DNA of 64,000 nucleotides from an uncultured delta proteobacterium (GTDB lineage: Bacteria > Desulfobacterota > Desulfobaccia > Desulfobaccales > 0-14-0-80-60-11). Position numbers and translations under genes: made by a program. How positions within the stretch are numbered: position 1 is the first letter of the stretch; each line of letters starts with the position of its first letter. Shown piece after piece: positions 47,474-56,741 of this stretch. The notes under the pieces were generated by a model that had not been told where the DNA came from, did no database searches, and was given only the letters and a program-made list of their open reading frames with translations. The stretch lies in assembly GCA_963812015.1 (NCBI GenBank), contig CAWETI010000003.1, positions 1,888,001 through 1,952,000 on the forward strand, written 5' to 3'.

Positions 47474-49714
47474 ATGACGGTTGTCGAACCCCCGGCCCCT
47501 GCCCTGTGGGAAGTGGCGGTGGCCCTGCCCCTGGCCCACACCCTGACCTATCGCCTGCCCTCGCGCCTTTCGGCCGCCGCCCGGGTGGGCAGCCTGGTCC
47601 GGGTGCCGGTGGGCCGCCGGCTGGTGACGGGATATCTCCTGGCCCCGACCCGGGAGACTCCTCCCGGAACCCTCCGGGACATCCGGGAAGTGCTCGACCC
47701 CATACCCCGGTTCGGCCCGGAGTTGGTGCCCCTGTATCGCTGGGTGGCGGATTACTACCAGTATCCCCTGGGCGAGGCCTTGAGCTTCATCATTCCCGGT
47801 GGAGATGCGGCCGCCAAGCCGCGCCGGGAACTCTGGGCCGGTCCCGTGAACCAGGCCCAGGACGGCCAGATTCCCAAGCGCCTGGGCCCCAAGTCCCGGG
47901 CCCTTTTGGCTTATCTCCGGGAGGCCGGCCCCACCCCGGTGAAAGACCTCCACAGCCTTTTCCCCGTCTGTCTCGACAGCCTGCGCCGCCTGGCCGCCCG
48001 GGAATTGATCGTGCTTGAGGACCGCACCCGACTCAGGACCCCCGAGGATGATACGTCTTTTGCCCTTACAGAAAACCTCACCCTGGTCCCCCACCAGGAA
48101 CAGGCCCTGGCCGCCATCATCCAGGGAATTGACCAGAATGACTTCGCGCCGTTTCTGCTCCATGGCGTCACGGCCAGCGGCAAAACCGAGGTCTATCTGG
48201 GCGCGGCCGACCATGCCCTGGCCCGGGGTCGCCAGGTTTTGGTCCTGGTGCCGGAGATTGCCTTGACCCACCCTGTGGGCCAGGCCTTTCAGCAACGCTT
48301 CGGCCCCCGGGTCGCCCTGCTCCACAGCGGTCTGTCCGAGGCCTTCCGGGTGGATCAATGGCGCCGCATCATGATGGGAGAAGTGGATATTGTGGTAGGG
48401 GCCCGGTCGGCGGTCTTTGCCCCCCTGCCCCGCCTGGGGTTGATGGTGGTGGATGAGGAACACGATCCCTCCTACAAACAGGAGGGCGGCCTCCTCTACC
48501 AGGCCCGGGATGTGGCCCTTTACCGGGGCAAACTGGCGAAAGCCGCGGTGGTCCTGGTCTCCGCCACCCCCCAGGTGACCACCTGCTACTCGGCCCGGGC
48601 TGGGAAATATCGCTATCTCCACCTCGGCCACCGGGTCACTCCCCAGTCCCTGCCCGAGATCCAGCTTGTGGATCTGCGCACCCAACGGGGCGACAAGAGT
48701 CTCAAGGTTATTTCCCGGCCGCTCCTTAATGCCCTGGAAGAAGTGCTTCGCCGGGGGGAACAGGCCCTGCTGTTTCTCAATCGCCGGGGCTATGCCCGGG
48801 CCGTCTTCTGCCTCTTTTGCGGCCGGGTGTTCCAGTGCCGCCACTGCAGCGTGGCCCTGACCCACCACCAGGACCGGGACCTTCTGGTGTGCCATTACTG
48901 CGGCTATACCGAGGCAATGCCGGAACGCTGCCCTGATTGCCAGTCCACCGCCATCAAGCGTTACGGGGTGGGCACCGAAAAGGTGGAAACCGAGGTCAAG
49001 CGGCTGCTGCCCGGGGCCCGGGTGGCCCGCCTGGACCGGGATACGGCCCCTAACAGCGGTCGGGCCCTCAAGGTCCTGAAGGAGTTTGCCGCCGGCGAAC
49101 TGGACTTCCTGGTGGGCACCCAGATGATCACCAAGGGGCATCATTTCCCCCAGGTCACCCTCGTCGGGGTCATCGCCGCCGACCTCAGCCTCTACTTTCC
49201 GGAGTATCACGCCGGGGAGCGCACCTTCCAGCTTCTGTCCCAGGTGGCCGGTCGGGCCGGCCGGGGCGCCGCCAAGGGCACCGTGCTGATCCAGACCTAC
49301 CAGCCGGAGCATTACGTTTTTCAGACGGTCCAGGCTCAGGATTACGACAGTTTTTTTCAGCGAGAACTGGAGACCCGGCGACAACTGGGTTATCCGCCCT
49401 TTACCCGCCTGGCCCTGGTGCGCCTGAGCGGCCCGGTCGCCGAGACCGTGGCCCGGGAAGCCCGGCGCCTGGCCGCGGCCCTGGAGAACCTGCGGAGCCG
49501 GGATCATGAGCTGCGCTCCCGGGTGCGGATCCTGGGGCCGGCCCCCGCGGGTCTCACCCGCCTTCAAGGCCGGTTCCGCTGGCAGATTCTCATCAAAAGT
49601 TACGGCCGCCCCGCCCTGGTTCACCTGCTCCAGCACCTGCGCCGGGTCTGGACCCCCGCCCCCCGGTCCCACCTCAGCCTCAGCCTGGATATCGACCCGG
49701 TGAGCCTGTTCTAG
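47474..49714 (+). CDS. priA: Primosomal protein N' (replication restart helicase)
   Basis: GVTASGKTEVY, VPEIAL, DEEHD, LNRRGY, two Zn-finger pairs and QVAGRAGR. Confidence 0.97.
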   Translation: MTVVEPPAPALWEVAVALPLAHTLTYRLPSRLSAAARVGSLVRVPVGRRLVTGYLLAPTRETPPGTLRDIREVLDPIPRFGPELVPLYRWVADYYQYPLGEALSFIIPGGDAAAKPRRELWAGPVNQAQDGQIPKRLGPKSRALLAYLREAGPTPVKDLHSLFPVCLDSLRRLAARELIVLEDRTRLRTPEDDTSFALTENLTLVPHQEQALAAIIQGIDQNDFAPFLLHGVTASGKTEVYLGAADHALARGRQVLVLVPEIALTHPVGQAFQQRFGPRVALLHSGLSEAFRVDQWRRIMMGEVDIVVGARSAVFAPLPRLGLMVVDEEHDPSYKQEGGLLYQARDVALYRGKLAKAAVVLVSATPQVTTCYSARAGKYRYLHLGHRVTPQSLPEIQLVDLRTQRGDKSLKVISRPLLNALEEVLRRGEQALLFLNRRGYARAVFCLFCGRVFQCRHCSVALTHHQDRDLLVCHYCGYTEAMPERCPDCQSTAIKRYGVGTEKVETEVKRLLPGARVARLDRDTAPNSGRALKVLKEFAAGELDFLVGTQMITKGHHFPQVTLVGVIAADLSLYFPEYHAGERTFQLLSQVAGRAGRGAAKGTVLIQTYQPEHYVFQTVQAQDYDSFFQRELETRRQLGYPPFTRLALVRLSGPVAETVAREARRLAAALENLRSRDHELRSRVRILGPAPAGLTRLQGRFRWQILIKSYGRPALVHLLQHLRRVWTPAPRSHLSLSLDIDPVSLF

Positions 49715-49769
49715 TGTGGCGCCCCAGATATATTCTGAAAAAATATTCCCACTTTTCGGGGAGGCTCTC

Positions 49770-49797
49770 GTAGGGGCGGTTCGCGAACCGCCCCTAC
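49770..49797. repeat. GTAG-type REP palindrome
   Basis: GTAGGGGCGGTTCGCGAACCGCCCCTAC, a perfect palindrome; degenerate relative at 34868-34891. Confidence 0.8.
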
Positions 49798-50051
49798 AAC
49801 GGCCTTCGGCAAGGGGAACCGAATTTGGCAAGATACTCCGGGGGACCGACACTTTCAGGATGTTAAGACACTATCCTTTTCTCTAGAATGGTCATTTGCC
49901 GGTGACGCTCGCCCCACGTGCGCCAACCCGGACAAAAAAATTTGCCCGAAGGTTTTTTCCGAGGGTTTGACTCGACTGACTGACTACCGGTTCCGGCTGA
50001 AGATGCGATTTTCCTGATCAAGGTTGAGCCCGTGGTCCGGGCGATAACCAG

Positions 50052-50080
50052 TTGACCTTTTCCCGGTCAAGAGGTATAAA
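50052..50080 (+). promoter_or_regulatory. Sigma70 promoter of the tRNA
   Basis: TTGACC-N17-TATAAA. Confidence 0.7.
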
Positions 50081-50122
50081 ATAAAAGATTGTAGCGCAAT
50101 CTTCAACGCAGTCACCAGCCAC

Positions 50123-50199
50123 GCGCCCGTAGCTCAGCTGGATAGAGCAACGGACTACGAATCCGTGTGTCGGGGGTTCAAATCCCTCCGGGCGCGCCA
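50123..50199 (+). tRNA. tRNA-Arg, anticodon ACG
   Basis: 77-nt cloverleaf: GCGCCCG acceptor stem, ACGGA-CTACGAA-TCCGT anticodon arm, GGTTCAAATCC T loop, encoded CCA. Confidence 0.97.
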
Positions 50200-50215
50200 G
50201 TAATTTCAAGACGTT

Positions 50216-50240
50216 AAGGGTGGCAACAGCCACCCTTTGT
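50216..50240 (+). terminator. Terminator downstream of the tRNA
   Basis: AAGGGTGGC-aaca-GCCACCCTT followed by TGT. Confidence 0.65.
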
Positions 50241-50460
50241 TATGCCGAGAGCACTATGGGAGCACTTTTTTGGCCCGGGGCTCTTTGCTCGCCTCTTGGA
50301 CCCCAGACTAACTTAATACTTGGCACAACTACTGGGGGCAGATCAGATGAGCACTTTTTCTTTTTCCCTTAATGTCAGGTCTAATATAGTGGCATTCCTG
50401 GTAGAGGATCGGCGACCCCTTCCCGGTTTCGGGTTATGCCGTTTTCCGTCTGGTGAAGCA

Positions 50461-51000
50461 TTATTTCCCTCGCCATAAAAAGCGCCCTAAAACTCGGTTC
50501 TTGATGTCACTCCCATTATTCCCCCGTTCGGAAAGCCAGTTGGCCGTAACTGAAGTCACATATGCGGCTAAACTATATTTTACCCCCTTGCCAATAAAAA
50601 ATGCCCCAAGAACTTCGGGTAAAGACATTCCGACAAGGCCACAAAATATTAAGGCCGGTGTGTGAGGTATGGGAAGAGCAGTAATAACAATGAGTGCAAT
50701 AAAACCGAATTGGGAAACCCATTGGGCAGTCCAGCGCCATTGGCGGGAATTCACGATCTCAGGGAGATGTTTGGATAAGACCGGATAACCATAATTTCCC
50801 AGGAAATACGCAATGAGGCTTGCCGCCAAGGCGCTTCCCATCGCGGAAAAAAAGGCGATTGCCCACCATTGCTTACGATTAAGGATAACGAGAACGGAAA
50901 CCACAGGGACAGTGGCGATAGTGCAGGAAAGGGTGCAGAAAAAGGCGACTCCACCAGCTAATATGGGCAACAAGGAATTATTTGCTAAGGTACCCACCAA
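50461..51000 (-). CDS. VTT/SNARE-associated (DedA-like) membrane protein
   Basis: SAMGSALAASLIAYFLG...ALPIPHTP...GKGVKY; start estimated (TTG 51000 or GTG 50997). Confidence 0.65.
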   Translation of the reverse strand: MVGTLANNSLLPILAGGVAFFCTLSCTIATVPVVSVLVILNRKQWWAIAFFSAMGSALAASLIAYFLGNYGYPVLSKHLPEIVNSRQWRWTAQWVSQFGFIALIVITALPIPHTPALIFCGLVGMSLPEVLGAFFIGKGVKYSLAAYVTSVTANWLSERGNNGSDIKNRVLGRFLWRGK

Positions 51001-51117
51001 GGTGCGCTCATCCTGGTTCCTTATCCCACAGGTGGAGGAAATATGCAAGGCAGGAAGGGAGTGTAGCACTGATTCATAGTCTTTCTTTGGCGGGCACAGA
51101 AGGCCATCGCTGGTGGG

Positions 51118-51341
51118 GCCTGGCGACGACATCCAGGAATGCATGATCCTTCTCGCCAGTAGCCTGCTATAGCCATAACCCTGGCCGTATCCGATCCAAA
51201 TGTGTTCTCCCACCCGTGAGAAGGGGGCTCCAGACACTAGAGCCAGTCGATCCTTCGTCGAAAGGCCCCCGGCATTGATATGTATGATAAAGTTGCGCGC
51301 CGCACCATATCGTCGCTATGAAGCCGGGCCAAGATTGTCAT
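51118..51341 (-). pseudogene. CAP/SCP-domain fragment, frameshifted and truncated
   Basis: LARLHSDDMVRR, then a frameshift, then NFIIHINAGGLSTKDRL...VGEHIW...IMHSWMSSPG; the HRxNIL end is lost. Confidence 0.75.
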
Positions 51342-51372
51342 CTATTGATATTCCACTGTTTCTATAAAAATT

Positions 51373-51930
51373 CTATTCGATACAACAATCAATGGCTTTC
51401 TTGACCAATTCTCCCAATTTACTCAAAAAGCCTTTCTTTGGGGATTCTGAGACACTGATGGCATGGATATCTAAATATTTAATATCCTCATCTTTTCTTT
51501 TGACTCCTTCAAGGTTAATTAACTTCATATTTATTCCCCAAAAGAGCGAGTAAAGGCCATAAGCCTTTTCAAAAAGTTCTTCAGCCGCCTTTTTGTCTCC
51601 GACGGTTAATTGTTTGGTTCCTACTTCCATGAGGCGCATGCATGCAGCGAGCAAATGTTTTGAAATACACCAAACTTCCCCTTCATATTCCTTAATTATC
51701 TTTTTTAAAAGAGATTTGCGCATTTCCCTCACTTCATTGAGCAAATCATAGTATCCACTTTTTCCAGTTTTTGCCCCCGTAAAAAAGAAATGCTCCTCGA
51801 TGCTGATTAAATTCATAATTGCTATTGATAGATCCTGGTCAGAAGACAGGTCCATCTTATCTTGTTTCTTCATCTCATCAACTTTAAGAACGAGTTCGTT
51901 GATGGTGGGGATTTTTTCCTCTTCAGCCAT
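51373..51930 (-). CDS. Conserved helical hypothetical protein with C-terminal DCCIE
   Basis: AT-rich ORF; NLISIEEH...WCISKHLL; AAGGA RBS. Confidence 0.8.
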   Translation of the reverse strand: MAEEEKIPTINELVLKVDEMKKQDKMDLSSDQDLSIAIMNLISIEEHFFFTGAKTGKSGYYDLLNEVREMRKSLLKKIIKEYEGEVWCISKHLLAACMRLMEVGTKQLTVGDKKAAEELFEKAYGLYSLFWGINMKLINLEGVKRKDEDIKYLDIHAISVSESPKKGFLSKLGELVKKAIDCCIE

Positions 51931-51934
51931 ATCC

Positions 51935-52456
51935 TTATCCTTTTATGAAGCAATAACAAATTAAACTTAAAATCACCAGCGGGGCCACAGGCAAAACGAC
52001 CTTCTGCAAAGGGAAGTAAGACCGTCCTTTATTTTTCTCTTTCAGATAAATATAGCATACCACACCCGCAAAAAAGGAGACACTCCCCAGGATTATGCCG
52101 CACACCATTCTATCGATTCCCCAAAATTTATTAAATGGATGTCCGATAATTCCTTGCCAGTAAAGGGGAGCTATAATGATACTGTAATAACTAATGATAA
52201 TTAATATTCTGCGGCCGGGAAACCGGATATTCTTTTTATTGAGGAAACTCATAGTCCACATGATCGCCGAAAGGGTCAAACCGCCGATCCACAGACCGGT
52301 GATAATATCATCGATCCCCAACCATCCGAAGAAACTGGCGCCAGCGCACACCGCGAGGGTGCACAGAGGACAAATAGCCCAAAGCTGGTTTGGGGCCAGA
52401 ATAATCCCACCCATTCCTATAAGTAGGATAATAAGAAATATATTTTTAACTTTCAT
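51935..52456 (-). CDS. Membrane protein with N-terminal CPxC
   Basis: AICPLCTLAV...WLGIDDIITGLWIGG; several TM helices; AT-rich. Confidence 0.8.
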   Translation of the reverse strand: MKVKNIFLIILLIGMGGIILAPNQLWAICPLCTLAVCAGASFFGWLGIDDIITGLWIGGLTLSAIMWTMSFLNKKNIRFPGRRILIIISYYSIIIAPLYWQGIIGHPFNKFWGIDRMVCGIILGSVSFFAGVVCYIYLKEKNKGRSYFPLQKVVLPVAPLVILSLICYCFIKG

Positions 52457-52582
52457 GTTTTCACTATCGCCCTTTTAATTTATCTCAATGTCAAATAGCA
52501 TTCATCATCCTAATGTTATCAGCAATTTGGCATACTAACCAAACGGAAGTGGCAGCCAACACCGGCGGCCTCTATTCGGCCT

Positions 52583-52894
52583 TCACTTGAATCTTTCAAA
52601 ACCGAACTTCGTTAAGACTTCATGGTCAAGTGGTTCTTCCAAATGCTGCGCCACGAAAACGGCCAAAGGGAAGGGGTAAAGTTCCCGGCAAAACACCATT
52701 CTCTGTTCACCGTCCTCATTGGAAATCATAACCTGGATGCCGTTGCCGTCAACTACTAACGTTGCAAACAAACCCTCATAGTCTGGCGTTCCCATTTTCA
52801 CCTGGGCAAGCATTGGGACTATTTCACCACAAAGATCTTCGACATAGGGGTAGCGGATGTAGTCGGTTTCGTCAAACTTTGTTAATTTTAACAT
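52583..52894 (-). CDS. Hypothetical protein
   Basis: AGGGGG RBS; 103-aa ORF. Confidence 0.6.
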   Translation of the reverse strand: MLKLTKFDETDYIRYPYVEDLCGEIVPMLAQVKMGTPDYEGLFATLVVDGNGIQVMISNEDGEQRMVFCRELYPFPLAVFVAQHLEEPLDHEVLTKFGFERFK

Positions 52895-52896
52895 GT

Positions 52897-53400
52897 TTAC
52901 CCCCTTTTAGGCCTCATTAGTCCAGGCATTACCTGGAGAGCGGGACTAGCGGCACCGATTTCGATCTGGTTCGCAGGACCCGCTTTAATCAAGTCTGGGC
53001 TACGCGGAATGGAAGTCTCAAGGTGGATAAGTTTGGGGCCTTGTTTGGTTTGGAAGTGTCCCTCTAAAGTCTCCCAGACCCAGCCAGAATAACCGTAGCC
53101 GCCCACCGCCTTGGTCACCAGGGCCCCCGCCAGGATTTCGCCCGAGGTTCATTGAGGGAAACCGTGCCGAATTTATCGAAAGTATAATCAGGTACCGGGT
53201 GGCAGTAATCTTCTCCCTTCAAAGCCGCTGCGGTCAGGGCGGCTCCTCCGCCGCCGTATACTGATGCACGAAGACCGTACTTGTGATTTTTGGTCTGCGC
53301 CACCCCCTCTTCCCGGTCAGAGAAACCGGTGTTGAACAACACTTCTCCTTTCATCCCCAGGATGTCGTATGTGGCGTCCTTGATCACCGTGGGGCATACT
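52897..53400 (-). pseudogene. C-terminal remnant of an aldehyde dehydrogenase-family gene
   Basis: CPTVIKDATYDILGM...KYGLRASVYGG, frameshifting near 53115 into KAVGGYGYSG; EVFGP motif degraded; N-terminus missing. Confidence 0.65.
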
Positions 53401-53414
53401 AGATTTTTTCGATT

Positions 53415-53612
53415 TTACCTCCCACCGGAATCTTTTTCTATACCTGGTTTTTGACGGTTAAAAATCCTGACATTTATATTATGGTCTTCGGGATGAGTGG
53501 TCAGGTGACGGAGCCAGGCTTCCTCATTAGTCTCGGCTCTTCCCACTTCGACAATAGCCATACGCGCGTTAAAAAGCTTGCTGGGGTGATCCCTTTTCCC
53601 GGAGTCGTTCAT
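53415..53612 (-). CDS. Small hypothetical protein
   Basis: ATG at 53612 after AAGGG; EEAWLRHL...HPED. Confidence 0.45.
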   Translation of the reverse strand: MNDSGKRDHPSKLFNARMAIVEVGRAETNEEAWLRHLTTHPEDHNINVRIFNRQKPGIEKDSGGR

Positions 53613-53849
53613 AATAAGGTTATGCCCCTTAACTATTCCTCCCCGAAACACGATTTTTCGCGGGGCCAATTTGGTATTGATACGCGGATCCTAAGAAGCA
53701 GTATAATCCCCGCCACATCTCCTCTCAAGTCGCATTGGAAGCTTTTTCCTCTTCTTTGGATTTGTTTTCCGCCGTGAAGAAAATTATCAGAGATTTTGCC
53801 CGCCAACTGAAAACATATTTGCTGAAGTGAAACTAAGGCTAACTTTCCT

Positions 53850-55208
53850 TCATCGCGTCAACCAGCGGCCATTGCGGACGGTGAGGAGGGCGTAAGGCCT
53901 GATCCATCTTAACAACAGGAAGGCATAGTAAGAGTAAATTACCCCATACACAAAATCCATATCCTGTTCCTGCCGGATATAGTAAAAAGTCATGAAGAAG
54001 GAAACTATCCCTACGCCGGCGACGAATTTTAGCACAGCCAGAGGATAACTGACGAGAGAGATCAGGAGCAAGGGCAGGAAAATGCAGGTCATGGGAAATT
54101 GCGACTCCCGGATAACAAAATCTAGGATGGGCATGAGGCGATGTTTAGGCCGATAATTGCTGAACATAAAGGACAATTTGATCAGAGATTCGCGGAAATT
54201 ACTCCGGTCCCAACGCAGAAACATGCGGTATAAACCCCGATAATTCTCGGGAACCGTCGTGTAGACCAAGGCGCTGCGCTGGTACACGGTCCAATAGCCT
54301 TGACGCAACACCAAGTTGGTAAAGGCGCGGTCTTCCCCGATGGTGCAGCGCACCCCCAGAAAAGTTTGGCGCCGCCAGGTTTCCAAGATGGGATCAACGG
54401 CCTCCCGACGGTAAGCCGAAAGGGCGCCGGGGGTGCAGAAGACGAAGCCGTACATGGACTGGGCGGCTCTGACAAAGTCGAAGGAGAGGATGAAGCGCAC
54501 CCACAGCATGCGAGTCAGGAAATTTTGAGTGCGGTTATAGACCTTGACGTTGCCAGCCACGGCTCCGACCTGGCGGTCTTGCAGCATGGGGGCCAGGATC
54601 TGTCTCAAGGTCTCGGGTTCGATGACGCTGTCGGAATCCACCGTGACAAAATATTCCCCCCGCCCCCGGGTAAGGCCGGCATAAAGGGCCTCTCGCTTGC
54701 CGCGGTTTTGGGGGAAACGGATCGCCTTGATCAGCTGAGGATAAGTTTGTTGAGCTCGATGGATATAGCTCCAGGTATTGTCCTGGGAGCCATCATCAAT
54801 GCAAATGATTTCTAAGCGGTCTGGCGGGTAATCAGAAGCGGCCACTGAGTAAATGGCCTTTTCCACCATAGCCCCCTCATTATAAGCGGGGATAATCACC
54901 GTTACCGTCGGCATGGGGCCAGCGAACAAGGGATAAGGACGATATCGCCACCAGAGGATAGAGAGCACCACCTGAAAGATTAAAAAGGCCAGGCTGTAAC
55001 TGGCCCCTAAAGCCATTAAAGGAGAGCTATAGCTTTTGCGGCTGAAAAGCTGAAGGTAACTGGTAAAAGTTCCAAGTTGGCAAGAGATTATGAAGAAGAC
55101 CAGCAGGCTAAAGGGCACTATTATCTTTATTATTACGTCCCCAGTAACGAAGGGCTGATGGTTAACGAAAGGCTTGGTCGTCTCGGTTGCAACAATATCC
55201 CTCGGCAT
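53850..55208 (-). CDS. Processive GT2 glycosyltransferase, hyaluronan synthase/NodC-like
   Basis: IIPAYNE, DDGS, GKREA, VDSD, GEDR and MFLRW; TM helices at both ends. Confidence 0.88.
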   Translation of the reverse strand: MPRDIVATETTKPFVNHQPFVTGDVIIKIIVPFSLLVFFIISCQLGTFTSYLQLFSRKSYSSPLMALGASYSLAFLIFQVVLSILWWRYRPYPLFAGPMPTVTVIIPAYNEGAMVEKAIYSVAASDYPPDRLEIICIDDGSQDNTWSYIHRAQQTYPQLIKAIRFPQNRGKREALYAGLTRGRGEYFVTVDSDSVIEPETLRQILAPMLQDRQVGAVAGNVKVYNRTQNFLTRMLWVRFILSFDFVRAAQSMYGFVFCTPGALSAYRREAVDPILETWRRQTFLGVRCTIGEDRAFTNLVLRQGYWTVYQRSALVYTTVPENYRGLYRMFLRWDRSNFRESLIKLSFMFSNYRPKHRLMPILDFVIRESQFPMTCIFLPLLLISLVSYPLAVLKFVAGVGIVSFFMTFYYIRQEQDMDFVYGVIYSYYAFLLLRWIRPYALLTVRNGRWLTR

Positions 55209-55433
55209 GGCTCTGGCCTCTCTTTTTGCAAGATTTAATTTTGCCAATCTTACGCGAGCTTGGCCAGATGGCTGTTGGCCAGCCAGGCCATTAAATCTAA
55301 TTATTGATGGGCCAAGGGAACTTTTGCCAACAATAGGCTATTGGCCGAGTTGGATGCAGTAATCTCTTTCTTGAAGATTCATCATAGAATGAATCTTTCC
55401 CCTGCTAAAATTGATAAGCGGCCCTATATAGGG

Positions 55434-55476
55434 AAAGGAACCAGAAATCCAGGAAATCCGGGCTTCTGGTTCCTTT
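55434..55476 (-). terminator. Intrinsic terminator
   Basis: AAAGGAACCAGAA...TTCTGGTTCCTTT inverted repeat. Confidence 0.7.
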
Positions 55477-55489
55477 CTTACATCATGTC

Positions 55490-55960
55490 TTACAATCCAG
55501 TATCACCAGGACCGATAGGCTCCATAGCCATAGTAGAGCCCAAATTCATATTGTCCTCCTCCATGCTCACCTTAGTGCCGTGGCCTTTAGGAAGGATCTT
55601 CTTTACTTCGATCCGAAAGGGGACGAACTTCTCCTGCAGCTTAGCCTTGACAGCATTGATCTCTTTGAGCTTGGCCAGGATTTGTTTTTCATCCGGATTG
55701 TCAGCACGCCAGAGAGTCCTCAACTCCGCCTTTTTGACTAACTTTTCCTTGCGCAAACTGGCGGTGTCATCAAGAAATTTCTGCCGCAGATCGAAAAGTT
55801 TTCCCGCCTGCTCCGGAGTAAGGTTGGCACATTTACCCCAATGACCCCCATGCCCCCGGTGTCCCTTCATCCCCCAAGGCTGCGCCCAAGAGGTGAAGGC
55901 CAGGCTCAAGAATAATCCCAGAGCCAGCAATACCGTTACTGATAATTTCTTACCCTTCAT
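55490..55960 (-). CDS. Second Spy/CpxP/ZraP-family periplasmic protein
   Basis: Signal peptide, His/Gly linker, NLTPEQAGKLFDL (paralogue of 14160-14624). Confidence 0.85.
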   Translation of the reverse strand: MKGKKLSVTVLLALGLFLSLAFTSWAQPWGMKGHRGHGGHWGKCANLTPEQAGKLFDLRQKFLDDTASLRKEKLVKKAELRTLWRADNPDEKQILAKLKEINAVKAKLQEKFVPFRIEVKKILPKGHGTKVSMEEDNMNLGSTMAMEPIGPGDTGL

Positions 55961-56014
55961 TTTTCTCTCCCTTGAGTCTTGAATTTTTAGGGCCGCATAT
56001 CTGGCCTTTAATGA

Positions 56015-56043
56015 TTAAACCCTAAAAATAAAATAAACCGGCG
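56015..56043 (-). promoter_or_regulatory. Shared motif CGCCGR-N15-GGGTTWWA, copy 2
   Basis: CGCCGG-N15-GGGTTTAA. Confidence 0.55.
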
Positions 56044-56139
56044 TGACCTACACAAAATTTTCAGATAGACAGGCGGGTGAGGAACTGAAGACATTAAATC
56101 AGGGGGTTGCCGCCAAGCAAAATACTGCTTCCGAGATGG

Positions 56140-56694
56140 TTACCAATTCCCCCGGCCACGGCCGCCCGAACCCATGCCGCCGCGCCCCCTGCCTTCGGTC
56201 CCTTGCCCATCGGGACCCTGCCCCCGAAAGAGCGGTACGCCTTTCTCATCCCGCACTTTCAACGTCTGGCCGTTCTTCTTCACCTCGGCCGCAAGCAGTA
56301 CTGTCTTCTCCTCCATGGTAACCTTAGAGCCGGTCACCTCTAAGGTATCCCCTTTTTGCAAGCTGAAGCCTTGTTTGCTCACATACCAGGGAGGCCCTAA
56401 CTCCACAGTAATATTGCCTTTATCGGTCTTAAGCACCAATCCCTGGATCGCCATTCCCGGGGCGGCCCGCCATCCCTGCATTCCATAGCTTCCCAGGTCC
56501 TTTACCTGTCCTTGAACCGTAGTCACGGTCTGGAGATTGTATAACTGGCGGCCCTGTGGCCCCGGGCCACCGTCCCCTCCGTTACTCTTCCCAAAGCCGC
56601 GACTTTGCGCCGCCGCCGTCCAAGCCAGTCCCAGTAACATGGTAAGAATAATCGGTGATAACCACCATCTAGTGCTCAAATGTATTTTAGACAT
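56140..56694 (-). CDS. Exported OB-fold-like protein
   Basis: Signal peptide; TVQGQV...VELGPPWY...GDTLEVTGS...RDEKGVPLF; GGGAGG RBS. Confidence 0.75.
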   Translation of the reverse strand: MSKIHLSTRWWLSPIILTMLLGLAWTAAAQSRGFGKSNGGDGGPGPQGRQLYNLQTVTTVQGQVKDLGSYGMQGWRAAPGMAIQGLVLKTDKGNITVELGPPWYVSKQGFSLQKGDTLEVTGSKVTMEEKTVLLAAEVKKNGQTLKVRDEKGVPLFRGQGPDGQGTEGRGRGGMGSGGRGRGNW

Positions 56695-56741
56695 CCCTGA
56701 GACCTCCCATGGGCTCCATTGATAATCCTGCCTTGGTCTAA

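Noticed and set aside
47459..49852. 797-aa minus-strand ORF, and similar long antisense ORFs at 17959-19767, 22595-23908, 29541-30737 and 35893-37080
   Set aside because: Antisense shadows of well-supported genes in GC-rich DNA; no recognisable domains
50461..51237. 258-aa CAP-VTT fusion protein
   Set aside because: The CAP part is frameshifted and truncated; more likely a chance in-frame juxtaposition
56140..56694. Magnetosome gene cluster
   Set aside because: Only one generic OB-fold-like protein with no CxxCH magnetochrome motif; no other mam genes
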